Positions 1-8,634 of a DNA stretch of 64,000 nucleotides are shown in pieces. A model generated the notes under the pieces. That model did not search any database and was not told the DNA's origin. It saw nothing but the letters and a program-made list of their open reading frames with translations. Source of the DNA: a virus. The DNA lies in the IMG/VR virus record IMGVR_UViG_3300006736_000004, positions 15,108 through 79,107 of that record. One strand, given 5' to 3'. The first letter of the stretch is position 1. The number at the start of each line of letters is the position of its first letter. The position numbers were made by a program, and so were the translations under genes.

Positions 1-96
1 CCGCGCCAATGGGGGAGTAAAGGCTCTTGGTGACAAGCCGGAGCCTTTACTTTTCCGGGGGGCTGATATACGATCTCGCATAACAGGAGAAGGTAA

Positions 97-414
97 ATGG
101 CAAGAGTCCCCACAGTAGAATTGAAGAATAAGAAATCAGGCGAGGTCCGGATTTGGAACAAGTCTGACTATGACCCCAAGCGCGATTCCAATTGGAAGGT
201 CTTGGCGGACCGACCTACCGAAGACATGGTCGCCTCTGACGAGAGCGCGGTGATTGCCGCCGTTCCAACGCCGGAACCGAAAGCCGTCAAGGTCGAAGTT
301 GTCAAGGATTGGCGCAAGATGCGGTGGCCCGAAGCGCGGCGGTATGTCCAAACCAAAACGGGGACCGCGCCACGTTCCAAGAAACAAGCAGAGGATTTGA
401 TGGCGGCGCTTTAA
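97..414 (+). CDS. Small phage protein, probably head-associated, with a short basic helical C-terminal domain
   Basis: ORF with RBS (CAGGAGAAGG). It lies in the late operon upstream of the head-completion genes. Function is inferred from position only. Confidence 0.5.
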   Translation: MARVPTVELKNKKSGEVRIWNKSDYDPKRDSNWKVLADRPTEDMVASDESAVIAAVPTPEPKAVKVEVVKDWRKMRWPEARRYVQTKTGTAPRSKKQAEDLMAAL

Positions 415-507
415 CGGTTTCGGTGGGCGGGTGTGGAACCTTTGCCGGTTTGATGGAAGTGTCATGCGGCTTTCATCGCCGCCCACCGGATTTAAAGGAC
501 AGGGAAA

Positions 508-771
508 ATGACTGACTTCACAAGACGAGGTTTCTTTCGAGCCGTGGGCGCATTGCTCCCCAAGGCGGCAGCGGTCGCCGTTGTCGCGCATGGGGTGGTG
601 AAGTCTAAACCGGCCAAAGCCAGACCGGCGCAAGCGTCAACACTGGACAACCTTCCGAATCAAGGTGAGTGGGAGCCGGATGAAGCGCGTGTATTTTATG
701 CAAGTGCTTCCGTTTCATCCGACGATCCATTGGAGTTCGGCCCAACCTTCGCATATCGCCGGGAAGACTGA
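508..771 (+). CDS. Small protein with twin-arginine (Tat)-like signal
   Basis: N-terminus MTDFTRRGFF matches S/T-R-R-x-F-L/F and is followed by a hydrophobic stretch. RBS AAGGACAGGG. Confidence 0.5.
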   Translation: MTDFTRRGFFRAVGALLPKAAAVAVVAHGVVKSKPAKARPAQASTLDNLPNQGEWEPDEARVFYASASVSSDDPLEFGPTFAYRRED

Positions 772-774
772 GCC

Positions 775-1692
775 GTGGGATACGGTGACGACCTCATGGG
801 GACCGGCTTGGCTCGCGCCATCCGTGACCAGTACCCGGAGGCCAAGCTGGTCTTTGGGAATCCCGGCACCTATCACGACCCCAAGAACAACAAGATTTCC
901 GTCCATTGGTCGGAGGTCTTTTTCAACAACCCCATCATTGTCCAGCCGGACGAGCCGGTGAAGGATATGGTTTGCATCCCCGATTATCCGGGGTGCCGGG
1001 TCTATCTTGACTATGAGAAGACGGAGAAAGAGGCGGACGGCAAGGCGCTGAAATATACGAAGTTCGCGTGGGCGGAGGGCTTCAAGGCTCCGAAGGGGGA
1101 GTTGTTTTTCAACAACGACGAGAAGTCCGCCGCCAGCGAAATCGCCCTCCGGTTGCCCAACCCGTTTTTTGTGATCGAACCGCACGTTGCCGACAAGCCG
1201 TGGCCGAATAAGAAGGCATGGCCTTGGGATCGTTGGCAAGCTGTGGTCGATGCCCTTCCGGATGTGAAGTTTATCCAGATGTCGGGCGGGGATGTCCTCG
1301 ACCGTGTCCATCATGTCATGACCCCGACGTTTAGACAGGCTTGTGGCATCCTAGCTTGCGCGGGAGCGGTCGTCACGTCCGAAGGGGGACTTCACCATGC
1401 GGCGGCGGCTCTTGACGTTCCAGCGGTCGTTTTATGGGGCCACTATACCTCGCCCGACATTCTGGGTTATGATGACCAAACCAATATCCGCCATGCAGAC
1501 GGGAACGGTTGCGGGAACACTTGGAACGAGTGTCCCGATTGCCAAGAGTCGATGCACAACATCAAGGTGGATGAAGTTGTCGAGACAATCAAAAAGGTGA
1601 TTTCAGATGGACGCCATATCCATAGCCGCCAAGCAAGAGACCGATCAATCTTCCGGATGGTGGGCGCGACTGCCGAAGGAAAAGAAAAATGA
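775..1692 (+). CDS. Glycosyltransferase family 9-like (heptosyltransferase-like, GT-B fold)
   Basis: N-terminal GYGDDLM, KAWPWDRWQAVV, and SEGGLHHAAAALDVPAVVLWG, resembling the GT9 DSGxxHxAAAxxxPxVxLFG motif. Confidence 0.8.
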   Translation: MGYGDDLMGTGLARAIRDQYPEAKLVFGNPGTYHDPKNNKISVHWSEVFFNNPIIVQPDEPVKDMVCIPDYPGCRVYLDYEKTEKEADGKALKYTKFAWAEGFKAPKGELFFNNDEKSAASEIALRLPNPFFVIEPHVADKPWPNKKAWPWDRWQAVVDALPDVKFIQMSGGDVLDRVHHVMTPTFRQACGILACAGAVVTSEGGLHHAAAALDVPAVVLWGHYTSPDILGYDDQTNIRHADGNGCGNTWNECPDCQESMHNIKVDEVVETIKKVISDGRHIHSRQARDRSIFRMVGATAEGKEK

Positions 1693-2540
1693 GTACCGCA
1701 AGCAAGCCGCAGACGCCAAGCGTCAACGTCTTCGTCCCCGACGAGCCAGCCGATCACGTCAAGCATCTCAACGCGATGGCGAAGGGGATACCGCAAGCAA
1801 GGATTCTGCCGCTTAAAAACGGTTACTCGCCATGCGATATTGCCGTCATCTTCGGGGTCGGCAAGCGTCAAGTCCCGGCAAGCTATGACCGTGGCGCGAT
1901 TGTTTACGAGCATCGCTTCCGTGAGCGCAAGCCCATCATCATCCTTGAGCGCGGCTTTATCCAACGGGACAAATATTATGGGGTCGCCCTCGACGGTCTG
2001 AATGGCTTGGGATGCTTCGGCAACGCCAACTCCAAGCCGGACCGCTGGAAGAAGCTCAAGACCAAAATCAAGCCGTGGCGCAACGGAGAATATTTCCTTG
2101 TCTGCGGTCAAGTGCCGTGGGACGCTTCCGTCCAACATTCCAATCACACCAAATGGGTCCAAGACACCATCAAGTTGGTCGAGAGCTTGACCGACGCGCC
2201 GGTCTATTTCAGACCACACCCGGACGTGAAGGGGAAGGTCGATTATGGAGTGCCGGAACGGGACACCACTTGGGAGCAAGACTTGGCCGGGGCAAAGGCG
2301 GTTATCACGTTCAACTCGACATCGTCAGCGATGGCGATCCTTGAGGGCATCCCGATATTTGCGGCGGACCCCGGCTGCATCGCTTGGGGCGTTGCCACCC
2401 ATGAGATCACCAAAGAGGCGCTTGCCAACCCGCCCATGCTCGACCGGGAGCAATGGGCCTATGATCTGGCCTATGCCCAATGGACGGCGGAAGAGATGGA
2501 AACGGGTCAGCCGTGGCGGCAACTAGCGGGGGACGGATAG
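1689..2540 (+). CDS. KpsS/KpsC-like capsule polysaccharide glycosyltransferase (beta-Kdo-transferase-like)
   Basis: Motifs ILERGF, GQVPWDASV, FRPHP and VITFNSTSSAMAILEGIP are typical of the Capsule_synth/KpsC/KpsS family. Confidence 0.7.
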   Translation: MSTASKPQTPSVNVFVPDEPADHVKHLNAMAKGIPQARILPLKNGYSPCDIAVIFGVGKRQVPASYDRGAIVYEHRFRERKPIIILERGFIQRDKYYGVALDGLNGLGCFGNANSKPDRWKKLKTKIKPWRNGEYFLVCGQVPWDASVQHSNHTKWVQDTIKLVESLTDAPVYFRPHPDVKGKVDYGVPERDTTWEQDLAGAKAVITFNSTSSAMAILEGIPIFAADPGCIAWGVATHEITKEALANPPMLDREQWAYDLAYAQWTAEEMETGQPWRQLAGDG

Positions 2541-2670
2541 GTGGACGACGAGGATGCCGCCAGAAGGCGCTACGAGGTCCGTTGGTGCGGATACCATACA
2601 GTCTTGTGCCTTGGGGGTGATTGCCTTGTGTTGTCTGTACGGCGTTTTTTGGGGTTGGCCTAGTGGTTGA

Positions 2671-2698
2671 CAAAAAAAGACCCCGCCGAAGCGGGGTT
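2671..2698 (-). terminator. Rho-independent terminator on the minus strand
   Basis: Minus strand reads AACCCCGC-TTCG-GCGGGGTC-TTTTTTT. Confidence 0.8.
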
Positions 2699-2735
2699 AA
2701 GTTGGGAGAGAGGGGAGCTTATTCGGTCAAGATGT

Positions 2736-2924
2736 TCATTTGGTCTCTCCGTTGCGTTTGAAAAATGTCCAGAAAGCAATCGCGCCGGGAGTGTGATGTG
2801 TCCACTTTCTACTTTTCAGCAAATGCCACATTCGGTTAATGGCGCGGAGCGTATATTCGTGGTCTCGCCCCTCTGCCTTCATCCTGGCGGCCTCAGTGTA
2901 GATTTTGTCAATAGAGAGTTTCAT
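2736..2924 (-). CDS. Small hypothetical protein (62 aa, MKLSIDKIY...) in an antisense mini-operon
   Basis: ATG at 2924 with RBS GAAGGGA. It is the 3' end of the long shadow ORF 2736..3992 and lies between a minus-strand promoter and terminator. Confidence 0.55.
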   Translation of the reverse strand: MKLSIDKIYTEAARMKAEGRDHEYTLRAINRMWHLLKSRKWTHHTPGAIAFWTFFKRNGETK

Positions 2925-2943
2925 GGTATTTCCCTTCAATAAT

Positions 2944-3054
2944 TTAATTCGTGATGAAGACGCCGAAGCCACGGTGGGCATACATGATGGCGTCGGGGGA
3001 CTTGGAAATGACGACAGGGGCGTAAGAACGTCCGGGGTTGATTCGCTTTTGCAT
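2944..3054 (-). CDS. Small hypothetical protein (36 aa, MQKRINPGRS...)
   Basis: Read by hand; RBS ACGGAGAG, just downstream of the minus-strand promoter. Confidence 0.45.
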   Translation of the reverse strand: MQKRINPGRSYAPVVISKSPDAIMYAHRGFGVFITN

Positions 3055-3093
3055 TTGGTCTCTCCGTCGTTTTGTTGTTGAATGATGTTGACC

Positions 3094-3122
3094 ACAATAA
3101 ACAAACTCCATGGGGAGGTCAA
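3094..3122 (-). promoter_or_regulatory. Sigma70-like promoter of the antisense mini-operon
   Basis: TTGACC-N17-TATTGT on the minus strand. Confidence 0.6.
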
Positions 3123-3129
3123 GGGAAAA

Positions 3130-3255
3130 ATGATGGTAAAGTGGTTTGTCCTCTTTTTCGTGGTCGGCGGCTTGGCGGTCATCCTCTTTTCAGACAACCC
3201 AACCTTGATTAACCCGTGGCCGAGTCCAAAGGCGCACCATGACAAAGCATACTGA
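3130..3255 (+). CDS. Small membrane peptide (41 aa, MMVKWFVLFFVVGGLAVILF...)
   Basis: Read by hand; one hydrophobic helix; stop codon 2 nt before the sulfotransferase start. Confidence 0.4.
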   Translation: MMVKWFVLFFVVGGLAVILFSDNPTLINPWPSPKAHHDKAY

Positions 3256-3257
3256 CC

Positions 3258-3929
3258 ATGAGCATCTATAGCCTCGAAAAGAAAGTCGCGTTCATTCACA
3301 TCCCGAAAAACGCCGGGACCAGCATCCGGGCCAATCTCAAAAAGGCGGTGCCGGACTTCCGCGACTTCGACGCCATTGATGAAGCGCACCGCAAGGTCCG
3401 CAACCAAGCCTTCGCCAACCACTTCCCATATTGGAAAATCCAAGAGCTTTTGCGCGAGACCAATTCCGACATTCCTTTCGAGGGTATGAAGGTCTTTATG
3501 GTGGTCCGCAATCCGTGGGCGCGGATGCTGTCCTTGTACCGCCACCGGCTCCGCAAGTTGGATTGGCATTACGAGGGCAAGGAACGCAACACAGAGCTTG
3601 ATAAGAAAGTTTGCCGAGCGGGCTTCGTGCCTTGGCTCACCCAAACCCCGCATGAGGGGGACAGCGTCTTGACCCGGACGGCTCAACTTGAATGGGGAAT
3701 CAACCTCAACGGCAAGATAGGCGTTGACAAGATTCTCATGATGGAAAAGCTGACGAAGCTCTATGCCGACACGCTTGGCCCTTGGGACATCACCGTGCCG
3801 CCGTTGGGGCGGTCCAACCAAGGCGATGGCGTGTCGAAGGATTACCGAAGGCACTACACCCAAGAGGCGAGGAACCATATCGAAAGGTGGTTTGGGCCAG
3901 ACATTGAGGCGTTCAATTATGAATTTTGA
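3258..3929 (+). CDS. Sulfotransferase (Sulfotransfer_2 family, PAPS-dependent)
   Basis: 5'-PSB motif FIHIPKNAGTSI, 3'-PB motif VRNPWARMLSLY, C-terminal DIEAFNYEF. Confidence 0.9.
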   Translation: MSIYSLEKKVAFIHIPKNAGTSIRANLKKAVPDFRDFDAIDEAHRKVRNQAFANHFPYWKIQELLRETNSDIPFEGMKVFMVVRNPWARMLSLYRHRLRKLDWHYEGKERNTELDKKVCRAGFVPWLTQTPHEGDSVLTRTAQLEWGINLNGKIGVDKILMMEKLTKLYADTLGPWDITVPPLGRSNQGDGVSKDYRRHYTQEARNHIERWFGPDIEAFNYEF

Positions 3930-4923
3930 ATTTCCTGACATTGCCGACTTCCCCGAAAACGAAGCCCCTTGTTTCCCGGAGGAAATTGACACGGACCACT
4001 TGTTCCGCGATCAATATAAATTCAAGGACGATTCGAGGGAGTTGGCAACGCTCATGACCGAAGCGATGGGCTTGGGCGAAGACCACATCAAAATCCAACG
4101 CAAGCAGATCAACCGGATTGTTGATGCGGCGCGAAACTATTTCAGCTTGAAGCTAAACAAGCGCCGGGACGACCTTGCTGATAGTCGGGCATATAAGAAC
4201 CTTGTCCAAGACGGCATCCATGCCATCCAAGCCGATACGACGGAACTTTTGGGGATGTTCAAAGAGCGAGCGAGGGTGTTGGAGAAGCGAGAGCGCAAGA
4301 CCGGCTTGACCGATTACGACCGCGCTCAAATCGACAACTCCCCGACAACGCTGAAAGCGATCTATAAGTTGCTCGACCGGAACGGCTTGCTTGAGGCCGG
4401 AACCAAGTACCGTGGCGGGAGCCAATTGTCAGTCCGGTCCGCGACCCTCCATGTCGCCAAGCCGGGGGACCGCCATCATTACCAGCAATTCCGCGATTGT
4501 GAAACTTCAACCAAGCTGCTCAATCTGCATTTCGATCCGAAGCCGGGGATCATGAAGGCAATCATCTATCTTGGGGAGGTCGAGGCTCACGACGGGCCGT
4601 TTAACTGGATCAAGGGTTCGCACCGTTGGAACTATGGCGAAATGGAGCGGGTCTTCGCTTGGGGAAATAGCATCGGCAATTACTGCCACACCCCGGATCA
4701 CCGGATTGTCGCCAACGCCTTCCCGAAGCGGTTTCGGGGCAATGCCATCGTCGGTCGGTTGATCCCGGACGGAACTAGGGAAAGCCGGGTTCTTTTAAGT
4801 ATGCTTCACCCATACCTTTCCGACGAGGCCAATGTCATGTTCTTTGACCCGACCTTCGGGCTGCATTGCGGCGGTAATCCGACAAGCGGGACGAGAACCA
4901 ACCTACAAGTGGTGATGCGATGA
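3919..4923 (+). CDS. 2-oxoglutarate/Fe(II)-dependent oxygenase (PhyH-like)
   Basis: HxD (LHFD), IIYLGEVEAHDGPFNWIKGSH, distal His (GLHCGG) and a terminal Arg. Start moved to ATG 3919, which overlaps the upstream gene end. Confidence 0.7.
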   Translation: MNFEFPDIADFPENEAPCFPEEIDTDHLFRDQYKFKDDSRELATLMTEAMGLGEDHIKIQRKQINRIVDAARNYFSLKLNKRRDDLADSRAYKNLVQDGIHAIQADTTELLGMFKERARVLEKRERKTGLTDYDRAQIDNSPTTLKAIYKLLDRNGLLEAGTKYRGGSQLSVRSATLHVAKPGDRHHYQQFRDCETSTKLLNLHFDPKPGIMKAIIYLGEVEAHDGPFNWIKGSHRWNYGEMERVFAWGNSIGNYCHTPDHRIVANAFPKRFRGNAIVGRLIPDGTRESRVLLSMLHPYLSDEANVMFFDPTFGLHCGGNPTSGTRTNLQVVMR

Positions 4924-5627
4924 GACTTTCAGACGCAGTCCTCAAGCGGCGGGTCTTCAACCAAGCCGTAAATGACGCGCTACAAGCCAAGACGATTATG
5001 GGTGCCTTGGGTCCATATATCGACAAGAACCGCCTCACCGTGGACGTGGGGGGCGCTACGGGCCACTTTACCCACTACTTTGCGCCCCGGTCCCGTCATG
5101 TCCATGCTTTCGAGGCTGTCCCGGAAGTTTGGATGCAATTACGGAAAAAGGGAGACGAGTTTGTCAACGTGACGGCGCACAACAAAGCGGTCGGTGACGT
5201 GTTCGGCAAGTCGGAGTTCTTTGTCGATGACAAGCGGCTCTCCAATTCTGGCTACCAAGACCTTGTCGGCGGGCCGAAGATTACCGTCGATTCAATCACG
5301 CTTGACCGCTTCTTTCGAGACGAGGGGCAAATCGGATTCATCAAGATTGATGTCGAGGGGACAGAAAAGAACGTCCTCGTCGGGGCGCGGGAGATCATTC
5401 AACGGGACCGCCCGAATCTGCTTGTCGAGATTTACGAGCCATTCTGCAATTGCCCGGTGAGCGCGATCTTCGCATGGCTCATGGTAGAAGGCTATCTGTG
5501 CTATTATTATGACCATCCCAATCTTGTCCGGGTGCCTTCCATAGTGGCCGGGGTCGATGCCGTAATGACCAAACACAAAATCCATGACGGTGACTTCCTT
5601 TTCGTGAACGGGGAAAATGATGGGTAG
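4920..5627 (+). CDS. FkbM-family methyltransferase
   Basis: VDVGGATG, VHAFEA, ITLD, FIKIDVEGTEKNVLVGA, RPNLLVEI. Confidence 0.9.
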   Translation: MRLSDAVLKRRVFNQAVNDALQAKTIMGALGPYIDKNRLTVDVGGATGHFTHYFAPRSRHVHAFEAVPEVWMQLRKKGDEFVNVTAHNKAVGDVFGKSEFFVDDKRLSNSGYQDLVGGPKITVDSITLDRFFRDEGQIGFIKIDVEGTEKNVLVGAREIIQRDRPNLLVEIYEPFCNCPVSAIFAWLMVEGYLCYYYDHPNLVRVPSIVAGVDAVMTKHKIHDGDFLFVNGENDG

Positions 5628-6219
5628 CACGACAGGCGAAAGACAGATTGGTAGCCAGCAAGAGGACATAGCGATCAACCACCGCGCCCGATACGAGTGG
5701 GCGGCGAAGCTCTTGCGCCAGCACATCCCGGAGAAAAGCCATATCCTCGACGCCGCTTGCGGGTGCGGCTACGGGTCAGAGATATTGGCTCAACACGGAT
5801 TCTTGGTGACGGCTTACGATATGTCTGACGAGGCGGCGAAGTGGCAAAAGCAATTCGACCACCCGCACGTCAACTTCATCCAAGACGATGTCTTCGGGGC
5901 GGTCGAGTTCGGCCAGACATATGACGCCGTGGTCTCCATCGAAACGATTGAACACATCACGGATGCCCCAGCATGGATTAGCAAGCTCTTGAAGGCGTCC
6001 CCGCTTCTCGTTGGGACTGTCCCGAATGAACATACCACCCCGTTCAATCCCAACAAGCATCCGTTTCACCACCGGCACTACACGAAGGATCAAGTCCTTG
6101 GGTTGTTCAACGAGTGGGAGCTTTCAGATTGGGCAACCCAATATGCCAAATACAAGAACTATGAGATGCGCCCCGGCGATGATGGGATGACCCTTGGGTT
6201 TTTGGCGAGGCGAGGATGA
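5617..6219 (+). CDS. Class I SAM-dependent methyltransferase
   Basis: HRARYEWA, ILDAACGCGYGS, YDAVVSIETIEH, TVPN, PFHHRHYT. Confidence 0.9.
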   Translation: MMGSTTGERQIGSQQEDIAINHRARYEWAAKLLRQHIPEKSHILDAACGCGYGSEILAQHGFLVTAYDMSDEAAKWQKQFDHPHVNFIQDDVFGAVEFGQTYDAVVSIETIEHITDAPAWISKLLKASPLLVGTVPNEHTTPFNPNKHPFHHRHYTKDQVLGLFNEWELSDWATQYAKYKNYEMRPGDDGMTLGFLARRG

Positions 6220-6794
6220 TGGACGCCATAAAACTTGGGGCAAGCGTCATCCGTCAAGAGGCCAAGGGGCTTCAACGGCTCGCCGCCAAGCTCGACAAGC
6301 AGTTTGCCGAAGCGGTCTTGATCCTTGATTGCCAGGGCAAGATTGTTTTGACGGGCGTCGGCAAGTCCGGCCATGTCTGTCGGAAGGTCGCCGCCACGAT
6401 GACGAGCTTGGGCCGACCGGCGATCTTCATTCATCCAACCGAAGCCGCGCATGGCGACATGGCATTGATAGACAGCCGGGACGCTTTGCTTGTTCTTTCG
6501 CGGTCGGGAATGGCGGACGAATTAAGGCCACTGTTGAAATTTGCGTCAGATCACGGTATTCCTACGGTATTGATTTCGGAGCATGACAAGACCGGCTTGG
6601 CCGTTTGGGTCAACACGGTGGTCAAGCTACCGAAGGTCGAGGAAGCATGGGGCCATGCGCCAACGACATCGACAACCATGCAAATGGCGGTCGGGGATGC
6701 GATAGCGGTAGCCTTGGCAAGTCGGCACGGTTGGACTGTGAGGGATTTTATCGAACATCATCCCGGCGGGGCGCTAGGGTCTGAAAAGAGGTAA
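6216..6794 (+). CDS. kdsD: Arabinose-5-phosphate isomerase (KdsD/KpsF/GutQ family), SIS domain only
   Basis: IVLTGVGKSGHV, FIHPTEAAHGD, APTTST, GDAIA and HPGGALG. The protein ends before the CBS domains. Confidence 0.85.
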   Translation: MMDAIKLGASVIRQEAKGLQRLAAKLDKQFAEAVLILDCQGKIVLTGVGKSGHVCRKVAATMTSLGRPAIFIHPTEAAHGDMALIDSRDALLVLSRSGMADELRPLLKFASDHGIPTVLISEHDKTGLAVWVNTVVKLPKVEEAWGHAPTTSTTMQMAVGDAIAVALASRHGWTVRDFIEHHPGGALGSEKR

Positions 6795-6797
6795 GGC

Positions 6798-7304
6798 ATG
6801 GCGATTACATTGGTTGTCGAGGACGGAACGGGCTTAACCAACGCCAACACCTATATCTCGTTGGCGGATGCTGACACATATTTCGAGAGTCACGTTTACT
6901 CGTCCGGTTGGGATGCGGCGACGGACGCCAACAAGAACATCGCCTTGGCAATGGCGACCCGCTTGCTCGACGCTTATTTTATTTTTGAGGGACGGAAGAT
7001 TGGGGACAGCCAAGCACTTGAATTCCCCCGGTTCGACATCAGGGACCGCTCCGGTTTCTTGATTGTCTCGACAACGATCCCGCAAGCGTTAAAGGATGCG
7101 GTGGCGGAGTTCGCGCAATTCATGATTGCGTCGGATCGGACGGCGGACGCCTCTGGTCAAGGATTCAAGTTGCTCAAGGCCGGGAGTCTTACCATGCAAC
7201 CGGACCCCGGCGACAAGCCGCCGGTCATCCCGGACGTGGTCAAACAATTAATCAATTTTTTGGGTCGGCCCGCCGGGTCGATGTCGGTTCCGTCAACGAG
7301 GTAG
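6798..7304 (+). CDS. Head-tail adaptor (family often annotated as DnaT-like ssDNA-binding protein)
   Basis: LVVEDGTGLTNANTYISLADADTYF, QALEFPR, IPQALKDA; first gene of the head-completion block. Confidence 0.75.
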   Translation: MAITLVVEDGTGLTNANTYISLADADTYFESHVYSSGWDAATDANKNIALAMATRLLDAYFIFEGRKIGDSQALEFPRFDIRDRSGFLIVSTTIPQALKDAVAEFAQFMIASDRTADASGQGFKLLKAGSLTMQPDPGDKPPVIPDVVKQLINFLGRPAGSMSVPSTR

Positions 7305-7440
7305 CGAATGGAAACAAGGCGGTTGACTCTTGAGGTCGATGGACAGGGAAACGTGAAGATAAGTCAAGATGATTTCACAGCGGCGGAAATGGCTTCTTTC
7401 GCCCTCATTGTTCACGATCTTGCAATAGGTGTTTTGAAAA

Positions 7441-7818
7441 ATGGGCCTCAACCAAGCCTTCAAATTAGCAGCCCAAGAGATAGTGACGGCATTCGGTGAT
7501 GTCGGCGTCTCGACCAACTATGAAGCCGTAACTTCCACAAGCGCGAACACCTACAACACATCGACGGGCGTTGCCGCCGCCATATATTCGACAGTGGCCG
7601 GGGTGACGGTGATCTTCGATGTGTTTGAATTAAAGCAAATTGACGGCAAGATCATCCAGCCCGAAGACAAGAGAGCCTTGATCCCTGCAAAATCTATTTC
7701 AGCGGTGACGCCTTCCGCCGAAGACCGGATTGTGGTCGCCGGGGTGCCTTGGCGTGTCGTCAACGTGAGGACCGACCCCGCCGAAGCCCTTTGGGAATTG
7801 CAAGTGAGGAAGTCCTGA
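7441..7818 (+). CDS. Head closure / head-tail joining protein
   Basis: Size, synteny and the WRVVNV...LWELQVRK terminus. Confidence 0.65.
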   Translation: MGLNQAFKLAAQEIVTAFGDVGVSTNYEAVTSTSANTYNTSTGVAAAIYSTVAGVTVIFDVFELKQIDGKIIQPEDKRALIPAKSISAVTPSAEDRIVVAGVPWRVVNVRTDPAEALWELQVRKS

Positions 7819-8207
7819 TGGGTAACGCTCGACAATTCTCCGCAGACTTAGCGCGGTTTGCCGATAGGGTGGACTTGGCTCCGGCACGATTCCGGGCGCG
7901 GGTTACACTCGACATAAAGGCTACAATTGAAGCGATGGCTCCGGTTGACACGGGGAGGTTCCGGGGATCGTGGGCGGTCAGTGATGGCGCTCCGTCGTCC
8001 TTCGTCCCGCCGCCGGGGGATACGACATCCCTTGGCCCGGTTGAGGCGTCCTTCTCTGACCCTTTCGAGGTTTCGTTTGTGACGAGCAATCTTCCTTATA
8101 CAATGGCGATTGAGTTCGGTCATTCCGGCCAAGCGCCGAAGGGCGTGGCGCGGGTCTCAATGGCCGAAGTCATAACCAAATTGGAGACCAAGTTCGGTGA
8201 GCTTTGA
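7818..8207 (+). CDS. HK97 gp10-like neck protein
   Basis: APVDTGRFRGSWAVS, NLPY...IEFGHSGQAPKG. Start moved to ATG 7818. Confidence 0.8.
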   Translation: MGNARQFSADLARFADRVDLAPARFRARVTLDIKATIEAMAPVDTGRFRGSWAVSDGAPSSFVPPPGDTTSLGPVEASFSDPFEVSFVTSNLPYTMAIEFGHSGQAPKGVARVSMAEVITKLETKFGEL

Positions 8208-8613
8208 AGACGAACGACACGCCATAGAGGCGCGATTTGCTGGTAGTTATACCTCGACGCAAGTCAAATATGAGAACGTCCCTTTCAAGCAACCGGCGGC
8301 GACCTCTTGGGTTGCGCTCACGATTTTGTCTGGTGGTGGGAATGTAAATTCCATCGGGACAGGAATGTCTAGCAGATTGGAGCGTTTTAGTGGTATCATC
8401 CAAATTGACATCTTCACGGTCGAGGATGTCGGCACCAAGACGGCGCGGGATTTGGCCGACACGATTGCCGCCATTTTCGACGTTGTCGAGTTCAGTTTCG
8501 GAAGTTCCGGGACTATCGTGACCAGAGTACCGTCATTTCAGACGCTTGGCGTCGAGGACGGTTGGCTTCATTCGGTTGTGTCAGTGGCCTTCCAAAGAAG
8601 CAAGTTTTCTTAG
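8197..8613 (+). CDS. Tail terminator-like protein
   Basis: YENVPF, GIIQIDIF, LADTIAAIF; directly upstream of the tail tube gene. Confidence 0.7.
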   Translation: MSFEDERHAIEARFAGSYTSTQVKYENVPFKQPAATSWVALTILSGGGNVNSIGTGMSSRLERFSGIIQIDIFTVEDVGTKTARDLADTIAAIFDVVEFSFGSSGTIVTRVPSFQTLGVEDGWLHSVVSVAFQRSKFS

Positions 8614-8634
8614 ACTTGATGATGGAGGTCAAAA

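Noticed and set aside
2719-2739. Arbitrium-like signalling hexapeptide (MNILTE)
   Set aside because: No signal-peptide precursor or TPR receptor nearby; the minigene may be a remnant of the duplicated RBS.
2736-3992. 418-aa minus-strand ORF and other long antisense ORFs
   Set aside because: Shadow frames of well-supported plus-strand genes; only the 3' 62 codons of this ORF have independent expression signals.
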